DNA from: the human T2T-CHM13v2.0 reference genome, Homo sapiens
Assembly (NCBI RefSeq): GCF_009914755.1
Contig: NC_060926.1
DNA: 64,000 nt
Reading direction: 5' to 3' (one strand)
Shown here: piece by piece, positions 1 to 15,245 of the stretch
Layout: each line of letters starts with the position of its first letter
How positions within the stretch are numbered: the stretch's first letter is position 1
Notes under the pieces: generated by a model
The model's input: the letters and a program-made list of their open reading frames with translations, nothing else
The model's database searches: none
What the model was told of the DNA's origin: nothing
Translations under genes and position numbers: made by a program

Positions 1-355
1 CATCCAAGAGAGGCCTTCCCCATCTACTTCGTGTGCATTTCCTTTATGGTACTTACTACAACATACAACTTGCTTTTCGGCAGCTTTTGTGGGCGTCAGG
101 GTGACGGGGGAGGGTTCCCTATTAGAATATAAGCTCCATTAGGGCAAGGATGTGTCTGTCTTGTTCAGCACTTAACACTATGCTGGGAATACAAAGATAC
201 TAAGTAATAATAATAATATTTGATGAATAAATGTGGTACTATTATATCAGCCAGAAGCATCCTCTGCATTTCAAAATGACCCTGTGTCCAAAACTGAAAA
301 GTACTAATCAAATCAGCAGAATTAACAAGAATGACACAAATAATCATAATAGCCT

Positions 356-731
356 TGATATAGTTTGATTGCATGCCCACCCAAATCTCATCTTGAATTA
401 TAGTTCCCATAATCCCCACGTGTTGTGGGAGGAACCCGGTGGGAGGTAACTGAATCATGGGGGTGGTTACCCCCATGCTGTGCTCACGACAGTGAGTGAG
501 TTCTCATGAGATCTGATGGTTGTATAAGGGGCTTTTCTCCATTTGCTCTGCACTTCTCCTTCCTGCCTCCCTGTGAAGAAGGTGCATTTCTTCCCCTTCG
601 TCTTTCGCCATGATTGTAAGTTTCCTGAGGCCTTCCCAGCCACGTGGAACTGAGTCAATTAAACCTCTTTTCTTTATAAATTACCCAAGCTCAGGTATTT
701 CTTCATAGCAGCGTGAGAATGGACTAATACA
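356..731 (+). mobile_element. Solo MaLR LTR, THE1D-like
   Basis: Starts tgatatag..., contains cccacccaaatctcatcttgaatt and gagtcaattaaacctcttt, ends ggactaataca. Confidence 0.85.
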
Positions 732-2289
732 AATTTAAAAGAGCCACTCAGTTATACATTTTTCACAGATTTTCTCTAATCTTCACAACCCTCTAAGGTG
801 AGGATAATGATCCCTGTAACCCAGAAAACAGCGACTCGAAAGGATTAAGAAACATGCTCCAGGCTACATGGTTGGTGGCTGTGGGCAGATTTGGATCTTG
901 AAAGTTCATCTGACTACAAAACCCATGCTGTCATCAATAGGCCACAGGTAATCTGGTAGTTACTATTGTCTATAAAAATCCACCAACATGTCTAGAATAG
1001 CCAGAAATGAAGATGGCTACTAAGTTTGTAATGAGTGACAAATCAGCCTTGAGTCTGGGGGGTTCAACATGCCCCAGTGGAACCAAGAGGCTGAGAGAGC
1101 CAGTGTCTGCTAGTTGGAAGTGATTCTAGGCATTCATGGCCACCCAAAGCCATCACTGCTATTTAAAACTAGCAAGACATTAAAACAACAACAACAAGAA
1201 AAAGCGGGAAATGGAAAAAAAAAAAAAAAGAGTCCAGCAACTCAAAAACATATGTGTTCATGAGAATTATCTCTGACAAGAGTGAAATTCCAGGAAAAAC
1301 TTCCATTAATGAAGCTGTGATCATATGTCAGATACTACAGGTTAGATATCTTACCACTAAATAATTTAATTTGTATTACTCCTTGCTTAAAGAGGAGGAA
1401 AATGAGCTTCAGAGAAGGGAATTATCTTGCCCATGGACACACACCTAGAAGTGACACCAATAGGATTTGTTTGATCTAGCTATTTTGATTTTAAGGCTTA
1501 TGATTCATCTGCTATATAATGGTATCTCACCCAACCCTCTCTGTGTACACTTATTCGCAAATGTGCTGATGCAGGTGATACCTCCAAAATCAACCAGGAT
1601 GAAGGGGAATGTACAATTATGAGAATAATAACTTCACAGGGGAAAAAATTACTTTTTAAAGGAATAGTAAAACAAAACCCTAAAACAAACAACATTATTT
1701 CTCTTGCAACTTCCCAGTGGCACTCACTCAATAAATAAATGTTGGGCAATTTCTATTGTATTAACAAGGCTGATTTCTAATACTATGTTACCAAGTTAGA
1801 TTAAATAGTAAAGCAAACAGCTGCCTTTTAAGTAAAGAACAGGCAGCACCTAACACCACTTACTAAATCAATATTAAATGCTTTGCCACTCACAAGTGAT
1901 GGTGCCAGGAGGTAATGATTTCCTGCTTTTGTAATTGCTGTGCATCTGCATAATCACAGTGCTACCAGGTATAATGATATGCTAGGAACAGCCTTGCACA
2001 TCACTCGATTGCCTGATAATTTATAATATATTCAGAGACCAAGGAAGCATCCTGTTTGTACAGATACAACATCCTTTTACGTAACATTCAATGAAAGAAA
2101 AAAGATATTTAATAAAATGCCAGGATATTTTTAAATGCCAGTGTGTGTATCATAAGAAATATTTATTTGAACATATTACTGTGCTTCAAAAATGACGTCC
2201 ATGCAATATTTATCACAGATCACACTATCTTCCATGTAGCAATTTAATAAATACTTAAAAAGGAAATGTTAAAATTTCTAAGTGATTAA

Positions 2290-3960
<1,671 letters not shown>

Positions 3961-4126
3961 GGTAAAGGTGTATCAAAGATGTATAAGGAAAGAACTTACC
4001 AAGACACTAGTCCACTGTAGATTAAAGGAAAACTAAAATTGTACTTTACAACTTCTTCAAGAGTCTTCAAAAATAGACTCTAAAGAAAGACATGGAAACA
4101 AACGTACATATGAACTGTGTGCTTAC

Positions 4127-4237
4127 CCACTGTCCGTGAAGAGGAACTCCAAATGGGTCATAAAAACTTCCCAGCGGGAGACACTGTAACGTTGTGCCAG
4201 AGAAATAGCAATGCTGTAGACGCTTTCCTCTAGAGTT
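4127..4237 (-). CDS. NBAS: NBAS exon (probably 42), 111 nt, phase 2-2: (E)TLEESVYSIAISLAQRYSVSRWEVFMTHLEFLFTDS+GG
   Basis: Acceptor catttctgcAG|AACT, donor TGG|GTAAGC; completes the GA+A Glu codon from the previous exon; open frame. Confidence 0.92.
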
Positions 4238-4457
4238 CTGCAGAAATGTCCATCAAGCCCAGGAAGGGAGAGAGGAGAAACACATGACTTCAATCAGCAA
4301 CGAAAATGCTCATTAGGACTGCTCTCCAGTGAGAGAGGTGCAAGCAGTGTGGTCCTTAATAAGACAGTTCACAGTGATCCAGGAAAAGTACTTCCAAGGA
4401 ATTGTAATGCTCTTTTTCACTGTGGTGTATTACAATTTACTAAGGACTTGTCTAGAC

Positions 4458-5149
4458 CAGTAGTTCTCAACTGTGGATGATTTTGTTCCCCAGGGGACAT
4501 TTGACAATGTCTGAAAACATTGTGAGCATAAAAAGTGGGGCAAGGGGCAGATGTACTACACTACTAGCATCTCATGGGTAGAGGCCAGGGATGCTGCTGA
4601 GCATCCTGCATAGACAGTCCCACACAGGCATCCCGGGCAGCCCTGCGTGGGCATCTCCCAGTAGGCATCCCGAGCACCCATGTGGGCATCCCCCTGTAGG
4701 CACCCCGAGCACCATGTGTAGGCAGTCCCGTGGAGGCATCCCGAACACCCGCAGACATCCCGCATAGGCATCCCAGGAATCCCCAGGTAGGCATCCCCGC
4801 ATAAACATCCTGAGCACCCCATGTAGGCATCCCCGCATAAACATCCTGAGCACCCCGTGTAGGCATCCCCGCATAAACATCCTGAGCACCCCGTGTAGGC
4901 ATCCCCGCATAAACATCCTGAGCACCCCGTGTAGGCATCCCCGCATAAACATCCTGAGCACCCCGTGTAGGCATCCCTGCATGGGCATTCTGAGCACCCC
5001 ATGGAGGTAGCCCGAGCACCGTGCGTAGGCAGCCCCGCATGGGCATCCCGAGCACCCAGCGTGGGCATCCCGAGCATCTGCATAGGCAGCCCCCACAGCC
5101 AAGAACTGTCCAGTCAGAACGTCAACAGTGCTGCGGTTGAAAAGATATG
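4458..5149 (+). mobile_element. MER20 (hAT-Charlie) DNA transposon split by a minisatellite
   Basis: 5' cagtagttctcaac...ggggacatttgacaatgtctg, middle gggtagaggccagggatgctgct, 3' aagaactgtccag...gtcaacagtgctgcggttgaaaa; candidate 8-bp TSD gtctagac (4450-4457) / aactagac (5150-5157). Confidence 0.85.
4600..5097. repeat. GC-rich minisatellite, 36-bp core unit gtaggcatccccgcataaacatcctgagcaccccgt
   Basis: Five near-identical units at 4787-4966, flanked by degenerate units built from ggcatccc/gagcaccc sub-motifs. Confidence 0.95.
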
Positions 5150-5891
5150 AACTAGACTCCAGAGCCTACAATCAAAAGATAGTGCATCCCTGGTCTAGGG
5201 GTAGAGATTTGAGAAAGCACAATTAGTCACTTAACAAACTTCTATGTTTTCTACCCTGTGCCAGGTATTGTGCTAGCTCCTTAGGAACTAAAAACAAACA
5301 AGCATTTTTCTTGAGGAATTCACAGCCTAGTGGAAGACAGGAAATGTGAACCAGCAATTAAATATAGCGGTGGTAGAGCTAAAAGAGAAGACCATGAAGC
5401 TCCACGAGAATGGAAAGTGACCATTGTGAACTGCAAGTAGGAGGATAAACACACACCCAGCAGAGGGTGGGAGGGAGAAGAGCCTTCTGAGAGAATGAGG
5501 GCTTCTCAGACATAAGAGAGAAAGCGAAGGTCAAAGTGAGGAACGTACTGGGTCCTCAGGCCTGCTAGGGGACCTGCGTCTCATTCTCCAGGCAATGAAG
5601 AGTCCATGAAAAGTTTAAAACAGGGAATGACATCGCCAGATTTGAGAATCTCTAGGCATATAAAGAGTTCCAAGAAAGCAGTCCCGAACACCCACATTAT
5701 AAGGCCATTTTAGAAAGACTACTGCAGGACTCCTATTTTCCAGAAGAGAAACGTAGGATGGAATTTTTAGTTGGAAGAATGGTGTGGGTGAAAGCACAGA
5801 GACAGAAAAGAAATCTCTTACTATTAAGTCACTCTGCTAAGACTGTATTTCCCCAAGCTAAGGAAACCATGCCATTTATATGCTTGCATAG

Positions 5892-6095
5892 CCAGGGGCT
5901 GGCAAACGTTTTCTGGGAAAGGTAATATAGTAAATATTTCAGGCTTTACTGCCAGTCTCTCTGGCATAGTCTTCTTTTTATGGCTTTTGTTTTTGTTTTT
6001 GTGTTACTATAAAACCTTAAAACAAATGCTAAAACCATTCTTTGTTCATGGGCTATAAAAGAGACCAAGGCTGGATTGACTTTGTCAACCCATGG
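5892..6095. mobile_element. MER58-family DNA transposon (hAT-Charlie)
   Basis: caggggctggcaaacgttttct...atagtaaatatttcaggcttt start and ...tttgtcaaccc end. Confidence 0.6.
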
Positions 6096-6124
6096 ATTAG
6101 GTCATTGTCAATTAGCAATTCTTA

Positions 6125-6455
6125 TTTTTTATTTATTTTTTATTTTTTGCGACAGGGTCTTTCTCTGCCTTCCAGGCTGGAGTGCAGTACTACAATCAAG
6201 GCTCATTGTAGCCTTGACCTCCCAGGCTCAAGCCATCCACCCACCCACCTACCCACCTCAGCCTCCAGAGTAGCTGGGACTTCAGGAAAACACTGCCACA
6301 CCTAGTTTTTTGTTTGTTTTTGTTTTTGTTTTTTTGGTAGAGACAAGGTCTTGCTATGTTGCCAGGGCTGGTAGTGAACTCCTGGCCTCAAGCATTCCTC
6401 TCACCTTGGCCTCCCAAAGTGCTGGGATTACAGGTGTGAGCCACCATATCTGGCC
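6125..6455 (-). mobile_element. Alu (AluJ-like)
   Basis: Reverse Alu with J-type ggctcattgtagccttgacctcccaggctcaag. Confidence 0.92.
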
Positions 6456-6717
6456 TAGAAATTGTCTCTTGAAGTATTTATTTGAGTACCTACCTCCACA
6501 TCATGGAATGAGAATTCCTTGAGAACAGGGGACCATTACTAATTCATCCTTTCTATTATGGGGTTATGGCACATTGCCTGGCACAAGACATTTTCAATAA
6601 GGACTGATATCTTTATCTCTTGATAAAGGTGGGAAGGACCCAAACTATGTTATACCCTCTTCACAGTTACCCTGCCTGACCCCTGAGAATGTATTCCCTG
6701 AGACATACAGATAGTAA

Positions 6718-7195
<478 letters not shown>

Positions 7196-8987
7196 GAAAA
7201 GGGACATGCAGTGAGAAAGACAAGGAAGAATGGTCACTCTATGTACAAGTGAAGGTGATGCTGCAAACGGAAGGACACAAATCCTTCAAGAATTCTTGTG
7301 TGCAAGACATTGACAACCCAGCTCCACAGTAGAAGAGGAAAGCAGCAAGCTGGTGGAAACTCTGAGGCATCTTAAAGAAGCCATTCAAACACTGCTGTAT
7401 ATTTTTCTAAGTAACAGATTGTACAGAAGATTCTATTATATATTTATCAAAAGCATATATTTGTCCTCTAGAACATACTTCAAATAGCATATGCTAGCTG
7501 TATGCTTAACAAAGAAAATAAAGGCCAAAAACTCTAGCAAAATGTAACTGATGATATAAGGCACGCCCTGCCTTATGAGTTTTTATTCTGCATGATAATC
7601 ACCTTCTAAGAAACCGTGAACATGGCACCAAGGATTACCAAACGTCCATAGCAAAAGCATACTGGACTTAAGAAACCCAAGCTCAACTCCTGGCTGTGTG
7701 ACTTTGAGCAACTCTTTAAAGCTCTCTAGTTCTGATTCCTTTTCTTAAAAGTCAGAAGGTTGGCTTAGGTTACTTTCAAATTGGACACTAAATGACGTTA
7801 TGAAATTATGAACCTCCAGAAGGACAGAGGAGAAGAGAAAAACAATTCCATATTTCTCTTCTTAATTGAGACCAGCTATAGGTTGTTCCTGCTATTTTTC
7901 TTTTGATCTCTCTATGCCATGCCTCGTTCTAAAGATAATTTTGGGTGTAGAAGAAGAATTTGGGGTATAAGAAAGAAGTTCAGGCTAATATAAAATTATT
8001 ACAAAGAACCAAGATGAGTTTGCCACCTTCTCAAGGATTTAAATGATAATGATAAAAAATAACATACTCCACTATCATAATGAAGATTATCTTTGCTATT
8101 TTAAAGTAATTTGTCAGGAGAGAAAAATAACCATTAAATGTACGCACCATTTTACCTTAGTTTCAAAGGCTGGAAGCCTAGAGACTGAATCACATCCACT
8201 GCTTTTTTGAGAATGCAATGGGTTGTAGGGGAGGCCTGTGGTGCTGTGGTGAAGATGTGAGGCTTTGGATGGATCCAGGCTAAAATCATAGCTGTGATTC
8301 TCACCATCTATGGAACTTAGGCAGTTACTTAATATCCCTAAGCACCATTTTTCTTAACTATAAACTAGGGATAACAACATTTTATCTCACAGGGTTATCC
8401 TTGAGGATTAAAAGACATTTATACAAAGTTTATAGAGCACTTTGCACAGTGCCTTGCCCATGATAAGCACTCAATAAATTGTGGTCTTAGAAACAAAACA
8501 TCTCTACTTAATAACTGTTGTGGGTGAACACATTTTCCCAACTTCTGACATGTAAATACTTCTCATTTGACCTGAACAACTAAAACAAAAAGCAAACACC
8601 AGCACTAAAACCAAAGGGAATTCCACATTGAGAAACCAAGGTCTCCGCCTGGGCCTTGAACTGAGCAACCATCTCACAACAGGCCTGCTCTTCCCTTGAC
8701 AGGGGGAAGGGACTAAAGGAGAAACAGCTGGTTTCTGGTTCTCTAGAAGACCAGGACAGATAAAGTCACCCTGAACAACAAGTCAATTGTATCTAGTTTA
8801 CCATACTGAAGAAGAAATTAAAGTGCCATGTGCTTTGAAAACTGAGATTTCTAGCCAGACACAAAGGACAATCTTATTTTTAAATTTCCATCCTGAGCTT
8901 CCCATTTTTCGCCCCTGATCACATGTTATTACCTCTAACATGGTCATAATCTTAGAACTGGGCTATCAAAACTACAGGAAACTTTAA

Positions 8988-9356
<369 letters not shown>

Positions 9357-9590
9357 TAATGATTTAAACATCATGGGAAACTTTTTTTAGCTGGGAATGC
9401 TGGCTGCATCTACTGATCGGTTTGGAGAAGGCACACATCCCACATAAGACTAGATGAAGTTGGGGAAAGCCCTATTCATAGCAACCATGAATGTAAAACT
9501 TCAAAGGACTGAAATTAATAGTCCTGGTAACTGAACTTATTCTTTTGCAGTTTAAATCCATCCCCTTATGAAACAAAGGGTATCACTTAC

Positions 9591-9820
9591 TCTGCCAGAC
9601 CAAGGATAGTTTCCCTTTTATACTGGTCATCTGCAGTAAACCGCTGCACGTCCACACCCTTCCGAAGGCCCTGAAGGATCTGCGCCTGAGTGAAATCCAG
9701 GAGACGTTCATTGTAGCAGTGTAACTGCTTGGTCAGTGAAATAAGGTCTTCAGGCCAGGCTTCGTGCTCATGTCGAGTCACATGCCTGGTGACCATCTTG
9801 ATTAGTTCTTTGGGATCAGC
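9591..9820 (-). CDS. NBAS: NBAS exon (probably 41), 230 nt, phase 0-2: ADPKELIKMVTRHVTRHEHEAWPEDLISLTKQLHCYNERLLDFTQAQILQGLRKGVDVQRFTADDQYKRETILGLA+GA
   Basis: Acceptor tgtctttcatAG|GCT, donor AGA|GTAAGT; overlaps track ORF 9587..9796. Confidence 0.95.
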
Positions 9821-12800
9821 CTATGAAAGACATGGAAAAGAAGACATTTTACCAACATCATACAAACACGAGCAAGTGAGTAACAAATGGAAGAAGACCA
9901 TGTCTGCAAGGAACTGTTTGGCCCTGTACACTATTGCCATTTCATAAGGCTCACAACGGCCCTGAAAAGTCAGTTGCAGAAGTGGCACTTTACCCAGTTA
10001 GCAGACCACAAAGACAGGACACAGAACTAGGCCCAAAAACAGCTTTTTGAACTCTTGCTCTGTTATTCTTCAACCTCAAAACCTCCGAACACTTAAAAAA
10101 CAATATATTCTTGCTCTTTCAACTATTATAAACCTCCATCAGATTTGTCTGCCAACCATCTGATCACTCACAGTAACTCACTCTAGAAGTAATTTTCATC
10201 GCCATTGCCTCTGGATAAATTTTCTGTGGACTACAGTAAGTGTTCTCAATAACAAAGGTGCAGTTCAATAACCTCACTATAAATGGCTAGACCCCTGAGG
10301 AGAAAAGTATTTTCTCCAGGGATAAGTTCGGGAAAAAACCTCTACCCTGTTCCTGAAATCATAAATAGTGCAAGTTGCATAAAAAAAGGCATCCAACCAA
10401 TTTTTACTCCTCTAATTTGGGGCTCAATGGGATATTATTCTACGATTCTTAGCAGCTTCTCTAATAACAAGAAACTCATTCAAATAGAACACAACCTAGA
10501 ATCCAACAGCTGACAGGAAAGGAGAGTAAGTGATTAACTAGCCACATTTATTTATATTAAAGTTGGTCTGGGTGTTAATGAAGTTACAGAGCTGAGCCAT
10601 GATTTTGGAATTACTAATAGGGAGTTTAATACTTGAACAGCATTAATTCAATCCATCCCAATTCCTGGGAAGACATGCTACATATTTAATATAAGCAAAT
10701 TAGAGAAAAAAAAAAGAATCTACCTTTGGTTCTCAGAAACACACAGCTAATTATAGTAAGCTGTCAGCATTTCTAATGTGTAAGCCATTATTCTGATCTG
10801 CACAGGAGATTTGTCAATGTCGAGTCTAGATTACCAAACCCAGCCTGACATTCTCTCTCTTGATCCTATTAAGGAACAATCTGGGAGTGCTGATAAAAAA
10901 CAGTTAAAGGTATCTTCTTAGATTCTGGCATGTGGATTTGAGTAAAAGTCAATCTTACTATATTTATTTTTTTCCCTACCTCTATGCATACACTGAGTCC
11001 TACTCTCAAAACCACAAATATGTGTCTCAAGTTAAAAGACCTGGGTTTGAATACGAACTATTCCATAGTAAGCTACAAGGCCATCTTTCATTCCTTCAAT
11101 AAATTTCTTGTGCACCTGTTATGTAACAAGTCATTCACTAAGAGGACACGGCCCTTCCCTACAGGAATACAGTCTATTAGGACAGACAGTCATGCAAACA
11201 ACTGTAAAATGGTGTGACACAAGTAAGCCTAGGGTGCTCTGGGAATACACAGGAGTGGGCAGGTGTTATCGAAGTCTTCTTCAAAGAGTTAATGTCTAGG
11301 TTAAATACTCAGGTACCATACCAGTAATAACGAGGGCAGCAAAAAACAGGGAGACAAATTCCAGTAAAAGGTAGAAAATGTGCTAACACCTATATGGCTA
11401 AGGCTTGAGGGAAAAATGAAGTGTATAAGCCAAATCTAACTGCAATTAGAGAGTGATTTGGGAACCAGCTGCATATAAACAGTATTCCTGGCGACAGATT
11501 TAGGCAAAGGGGATGCCGTGCCCCAGCTCTTAGTGCATCTATGGCTGACATTTAACTAAATCCCTTTTCTATCTGTTGGCCAAACCCCTCAGGGCACCAT
11601 CCTGAACCTCCAGCACGTGCACAGCCACCTCTGCAGTTCCCTGACCCAGGGATGCTGCTCATGGGCCAGCTGGCCCATCTTCACCTGCTCAGCACTCTGG
11701 TGTGCACTGCCGTGGCCTGCTGCTCTTATGCCTCATCTGATTTGCACTTTTCTTCCCAGTTGTAAAGACAGCAAGACCAAATATCCAATGATCATGGTTT
11801 TAGGGTGGCAGGAGAGCTCTTTTCAGTTGTTCCTTGAAGGAGTTCCTAGTGCCCCAGATTTACACCCCACAACCAAATCTATGTTCACCAAAACAATGAA
11901 GAAGGCTTTTCTTCATGTATATTCTCACCTGGTGCTTTCAGACTGAAGTTTTCAGCCTGAACTTGCTGAATATACCTTGAAGGAAAGGCTATAACCATCT
12001 AACCTATCTCTGCGTATAACTCCATGTCCCTCTCTTTACCAGGCTATTGTTTCTATCCCCTACTCATAGAACCAGCTACCTTAGTTCTCCCAATGGTTTC
12101 TCATAGTTTTCTTCCACATTCATTTTTGACTTTTTATTATCTCCAAGATTTAATACATGTACTGGCAGAGTGGCCTACACTTCTCATTAGCCTCAATGGT
12201 AGAACCCCTGCTGATTTCTATTCTTTTTGTATTCTAATATAGTCTATGAAACAAATCCCAAGGCTAGGTGAAGAGAAAAGCTCCAAAATATAAGTGTATA
12301 GCAAGAATGAGCATGGTTATTGCTACAAACATTTCCACAGGCTCTTATGTAATCTGCAGAAAGTTTTGAGTCTCCACATACAATCTTCGCATGTGACAAA
12401 AAGACAGTAGTGTCTCCTTTTGCCAATGAATAAAATGACACAGCACAGTGAAATAAGCACAGACACACAGAGCTTACTAGCTGAATGACCTTGTGCAAAT
12501 TACTTAACTATGAACTTCATTGTCTCATCTACAAAATAGCAGTGATAATATATAGCGTTCATGGTTGTGAGAAGCCTAAGAGACAATATATATAAAATAT
12601 ACAAACCAAGACCTGGTAGGAAGCAGGTGTTCCAAAAATAAAAGGAATTATGGAATTGGCTAAAAGCCATATACAAATCATAGTTTAAGTGTGCCTCTAC
12701 TGTATAATTCATTTTGCATTGCCTTCTCTTAAATTAAAACTTCTGGAGGGCAGAGATCATGTGTATATCATAATTTGCAGAACACAGCACAGTCTCTTGC

Positions 12801-13310
12801 ACAAATCAGGTACATGGTCAAAGGGGGAGCAGATTGGACTGGCTTTGAAGTCTGTAGTACTGGTTGATATTGCAGCTTCCCCACTCAGTAGAGATGCAGT
12901 CTGAAACAAGATACCTCCTATCTATTTCCTCACTTATAAAAGAATGTCAATAGCACATCCTCCTCACAGTTTGTTATGAGGTACCAAAAAAAAAAAAAGG
13001 TATTTTAAAGCTCTCCTTTCTCCATTATTCTATGAAAACAAATTGGACACAGAGCTTACTCTAAAAGAATTAAAAACTACTGATTGACAAGGATGTACAC
13101 ATAAACAATTCACAGAAGGCATCCAAATATAAGCAGACTTACACAATCATAAGCCAAGAGTTTTGGGAACTCCATGGAAGGAGCAGTTGATTCCCTTTCT
13201 TGATTCCACTGGGTCTCAGTTTCTTCAGATATAAAGCAAAGGAGCATCACCAGGTGATCACCTTTCTAAGACTGAAATCCTACAGATGTATAAGAATTTT
13301 ATCATTAAGA

Positions 13311-13609
13311 GGCTGGGCATGGTGGCTCACACCTGTAAACCCAACACTTTGGGAGGCAGAGGCAGGTGGACCCCTTGAGGTCAGGAGTTGAAGACCAACC
13401 TGGCCAACATGGAGAAACCCCGTTTCTACTAAAAGTACCAAAAAAATTAGCCGGGTGTGGTGGCACTCACCTGTAGTCCCAGCGTAGGAGAATCACTTTA
13501 ACCTAGGAGGTGGAGGTTGCAGTGAGCTGAGATTGTGCTACTGCACTCCAGCCTGGGTGACAGCATGAGACTCTGTCTCAAAAAAAACAAAACAAAACAA
13601 AAAAAAAAA
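13311..13609 (+). mobile_element. Alu (AluSx-like)
   Basis: ggctgggcatggtggctcacacctgtaa... to an A/CAAAA tail. Confidence 0.95.
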
Positions 13610-13650
13610 CTTTGCAAATCCCTCCAGGTGTAGAAAGAAGGATGTTCTAC

Positions 13651-13926
13651 GAGGCTGGAGGCTCAATTGAGGCCAGAAGTTTAAGACCAGCCTGGGCAAC
13701 ATAGTGAGACCCTGTCTCCACAAAAAAATTAAGAAAATGAAACTTAGCCTGCCATAATGGTGCATGCCTGTAGTCCTACCTACTAGGGAGGCTGAAGCAC
13801 AAGGATCACTTGAGCTCAGGAGTTCAAGCTGCAGTGAGCTATGATCACACCACTGTTCTCCAGCCTGTGGGACAGAATGAGATCCTGATCTCAAAAATAA
13901 ATAAATAAATAAACAAACAAATAAAT
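13651..13926 (+). mobile_element. 5'-truncated AluJ
   Basis: ttgaggccagaagtttaagaccagcctgggcaacatagtgagacc... with (AAAT)n tail. Confidence 0.88.
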
Positions 13927-14408
13927 TAGAATTTCAGGCCACAAATTATAGCCATCAGATTTCTACACAGTTTATACAACTTTAACCTCTTCTCACTTAC
14001 TACATACAAATTATCTATTCCTCTGTGAATCATTTTTATTTCATATTCTTTGTAGGAGAAACTTATTCACTTTTCCCAACAGATATTTAAGAATAAAAAC
14101 CTAGTATTTCAGTCTTCAGGATGGAACACGCCTACTGCTAAAACATGTACTGAGTCTCATTTTGCATTAACAACTCTGTAGGACAGGCATCTCTTACTGT
14201 CATCTCTGTTTTACGGATGAATAAAGAATGAACTTAGATCTAAGGCCTTTAAGCTGGTAAGTGACAAAGCAGTGCTATGACTCCCATGCATAATGCTTCC
14301 TAAGAACCATCCTTTTATATTCGGTATGTAGGGAGGGATATCTCTTAAAAATACAAGGCTCTTGATTGGACCAATGTAGACACAGCTCCCACTACATGTA
14401 AGACTTGC

Positions 14409-14787
14409 TGTTATAACTTGGCTTTGTGTCCCCACCCAAATCTCATCTCGAATTGTAATCCCCATGTGCTGAAAAAGGCCCTGGTGGGAGGTAACTGAAT
14501 CATGGGGGCAGACTTCCCCCCTTGCTGTTCTCGTGATGGAGTTCTCATGACATCTGGTTGTTTAAAAGTGTGTGGCACTTCCCACCTTGCTCTCTTTCTC
14601 CTGCTCCACCATGGTAAGATGTGCTGGCTTCCCCATCGCCTTCTGCCATGATTGCCAAGTTTTCTGAGGCCTCCCAGCCATGCTTCCTGTTAAGCCTGTG
14701 GAGCTATGAGTCAATTAAACCTCTTTTCTTCATAAATTACCCAGTCTCAGTTAGTTCTTTATAGCAGTGTGCGAGTGAACTAATACA
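14409..14787 (+). mobile_element. Solo MaLR LTR, MSTA-like
   Basis: TG...CA termini, MST/THE1 motifs, perfect 5-bp TSD cttgc (14404-14408 / 14788-14792). Confidence 0.9.
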
Positions 14788-14911
14788 CTTGCCATTAGAG
14801 TCCTTTTACAAATGACAGATTTTCAATGATAGATTTAATGCTGTCATTCCGTATTGTTCCAGGTAGACATTTTTCCATATATTCCTCCTCTCATGCCATA
14901 TATATGTGCTT

Positions 14912-14943
14912 GTGTCTGTGTGTGTGTGTCTGTGTGTGTGTGT
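14912..14943. repeat. Imperfect (TG)n microsatellite
   Basis: Direct read. Confidence 0.85.
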
Positions 14944-15112
14944 AAATATAAACACCCATTAGGTTTTCAACTGGATATTCTATTTGAGCCGCTTGCTTTT
15001 TCTTCTCTAATGATAACGGTGTTTTAGAATCACAAGCAACAATACCATTTTCTGTTAAACTCCCTGAAATAAATATACTTCCTTTTAAAATTCTGTCTTA
15101 ATAAAGTGGTGA

Positions 15113-15245
15113 GGCTGGGCACGGATGCTTGTGCCTGTATGTAATCCCAGCACTTTGGGAGGCCAAGGTGGGAGGACTGCTTGAGCCCAGGGGTTTGGGA
15201 CCAGCCTGAGTGACATAGTGAGACCCCATCTCTACGAGAAATAAG
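15113..15245 (+). mobile_element. Alu left monomer / FLAM
   Basis: ggctgggcacgg...taatcccagcactttgggaggcc...gagaccccatctctac; no right arm. Confidence 0.85.

Noticed and set aside
4787-4966. CRISPR-like regular repeats
   Set aside because: Units are head-to-tail with no unique spacers; eukaryotic context, no cas genes.
4556-5102. Three overlapping 163-176 aa minus-strand ORFs with 12-aa repeats (e.g. GCSGCLCGDAYT, metallothionein/keratin-associated-like)
   Set aside because: Artefact of a stop-free 36-bp minisatellite that is open in all three frames; no splice or promoter support.
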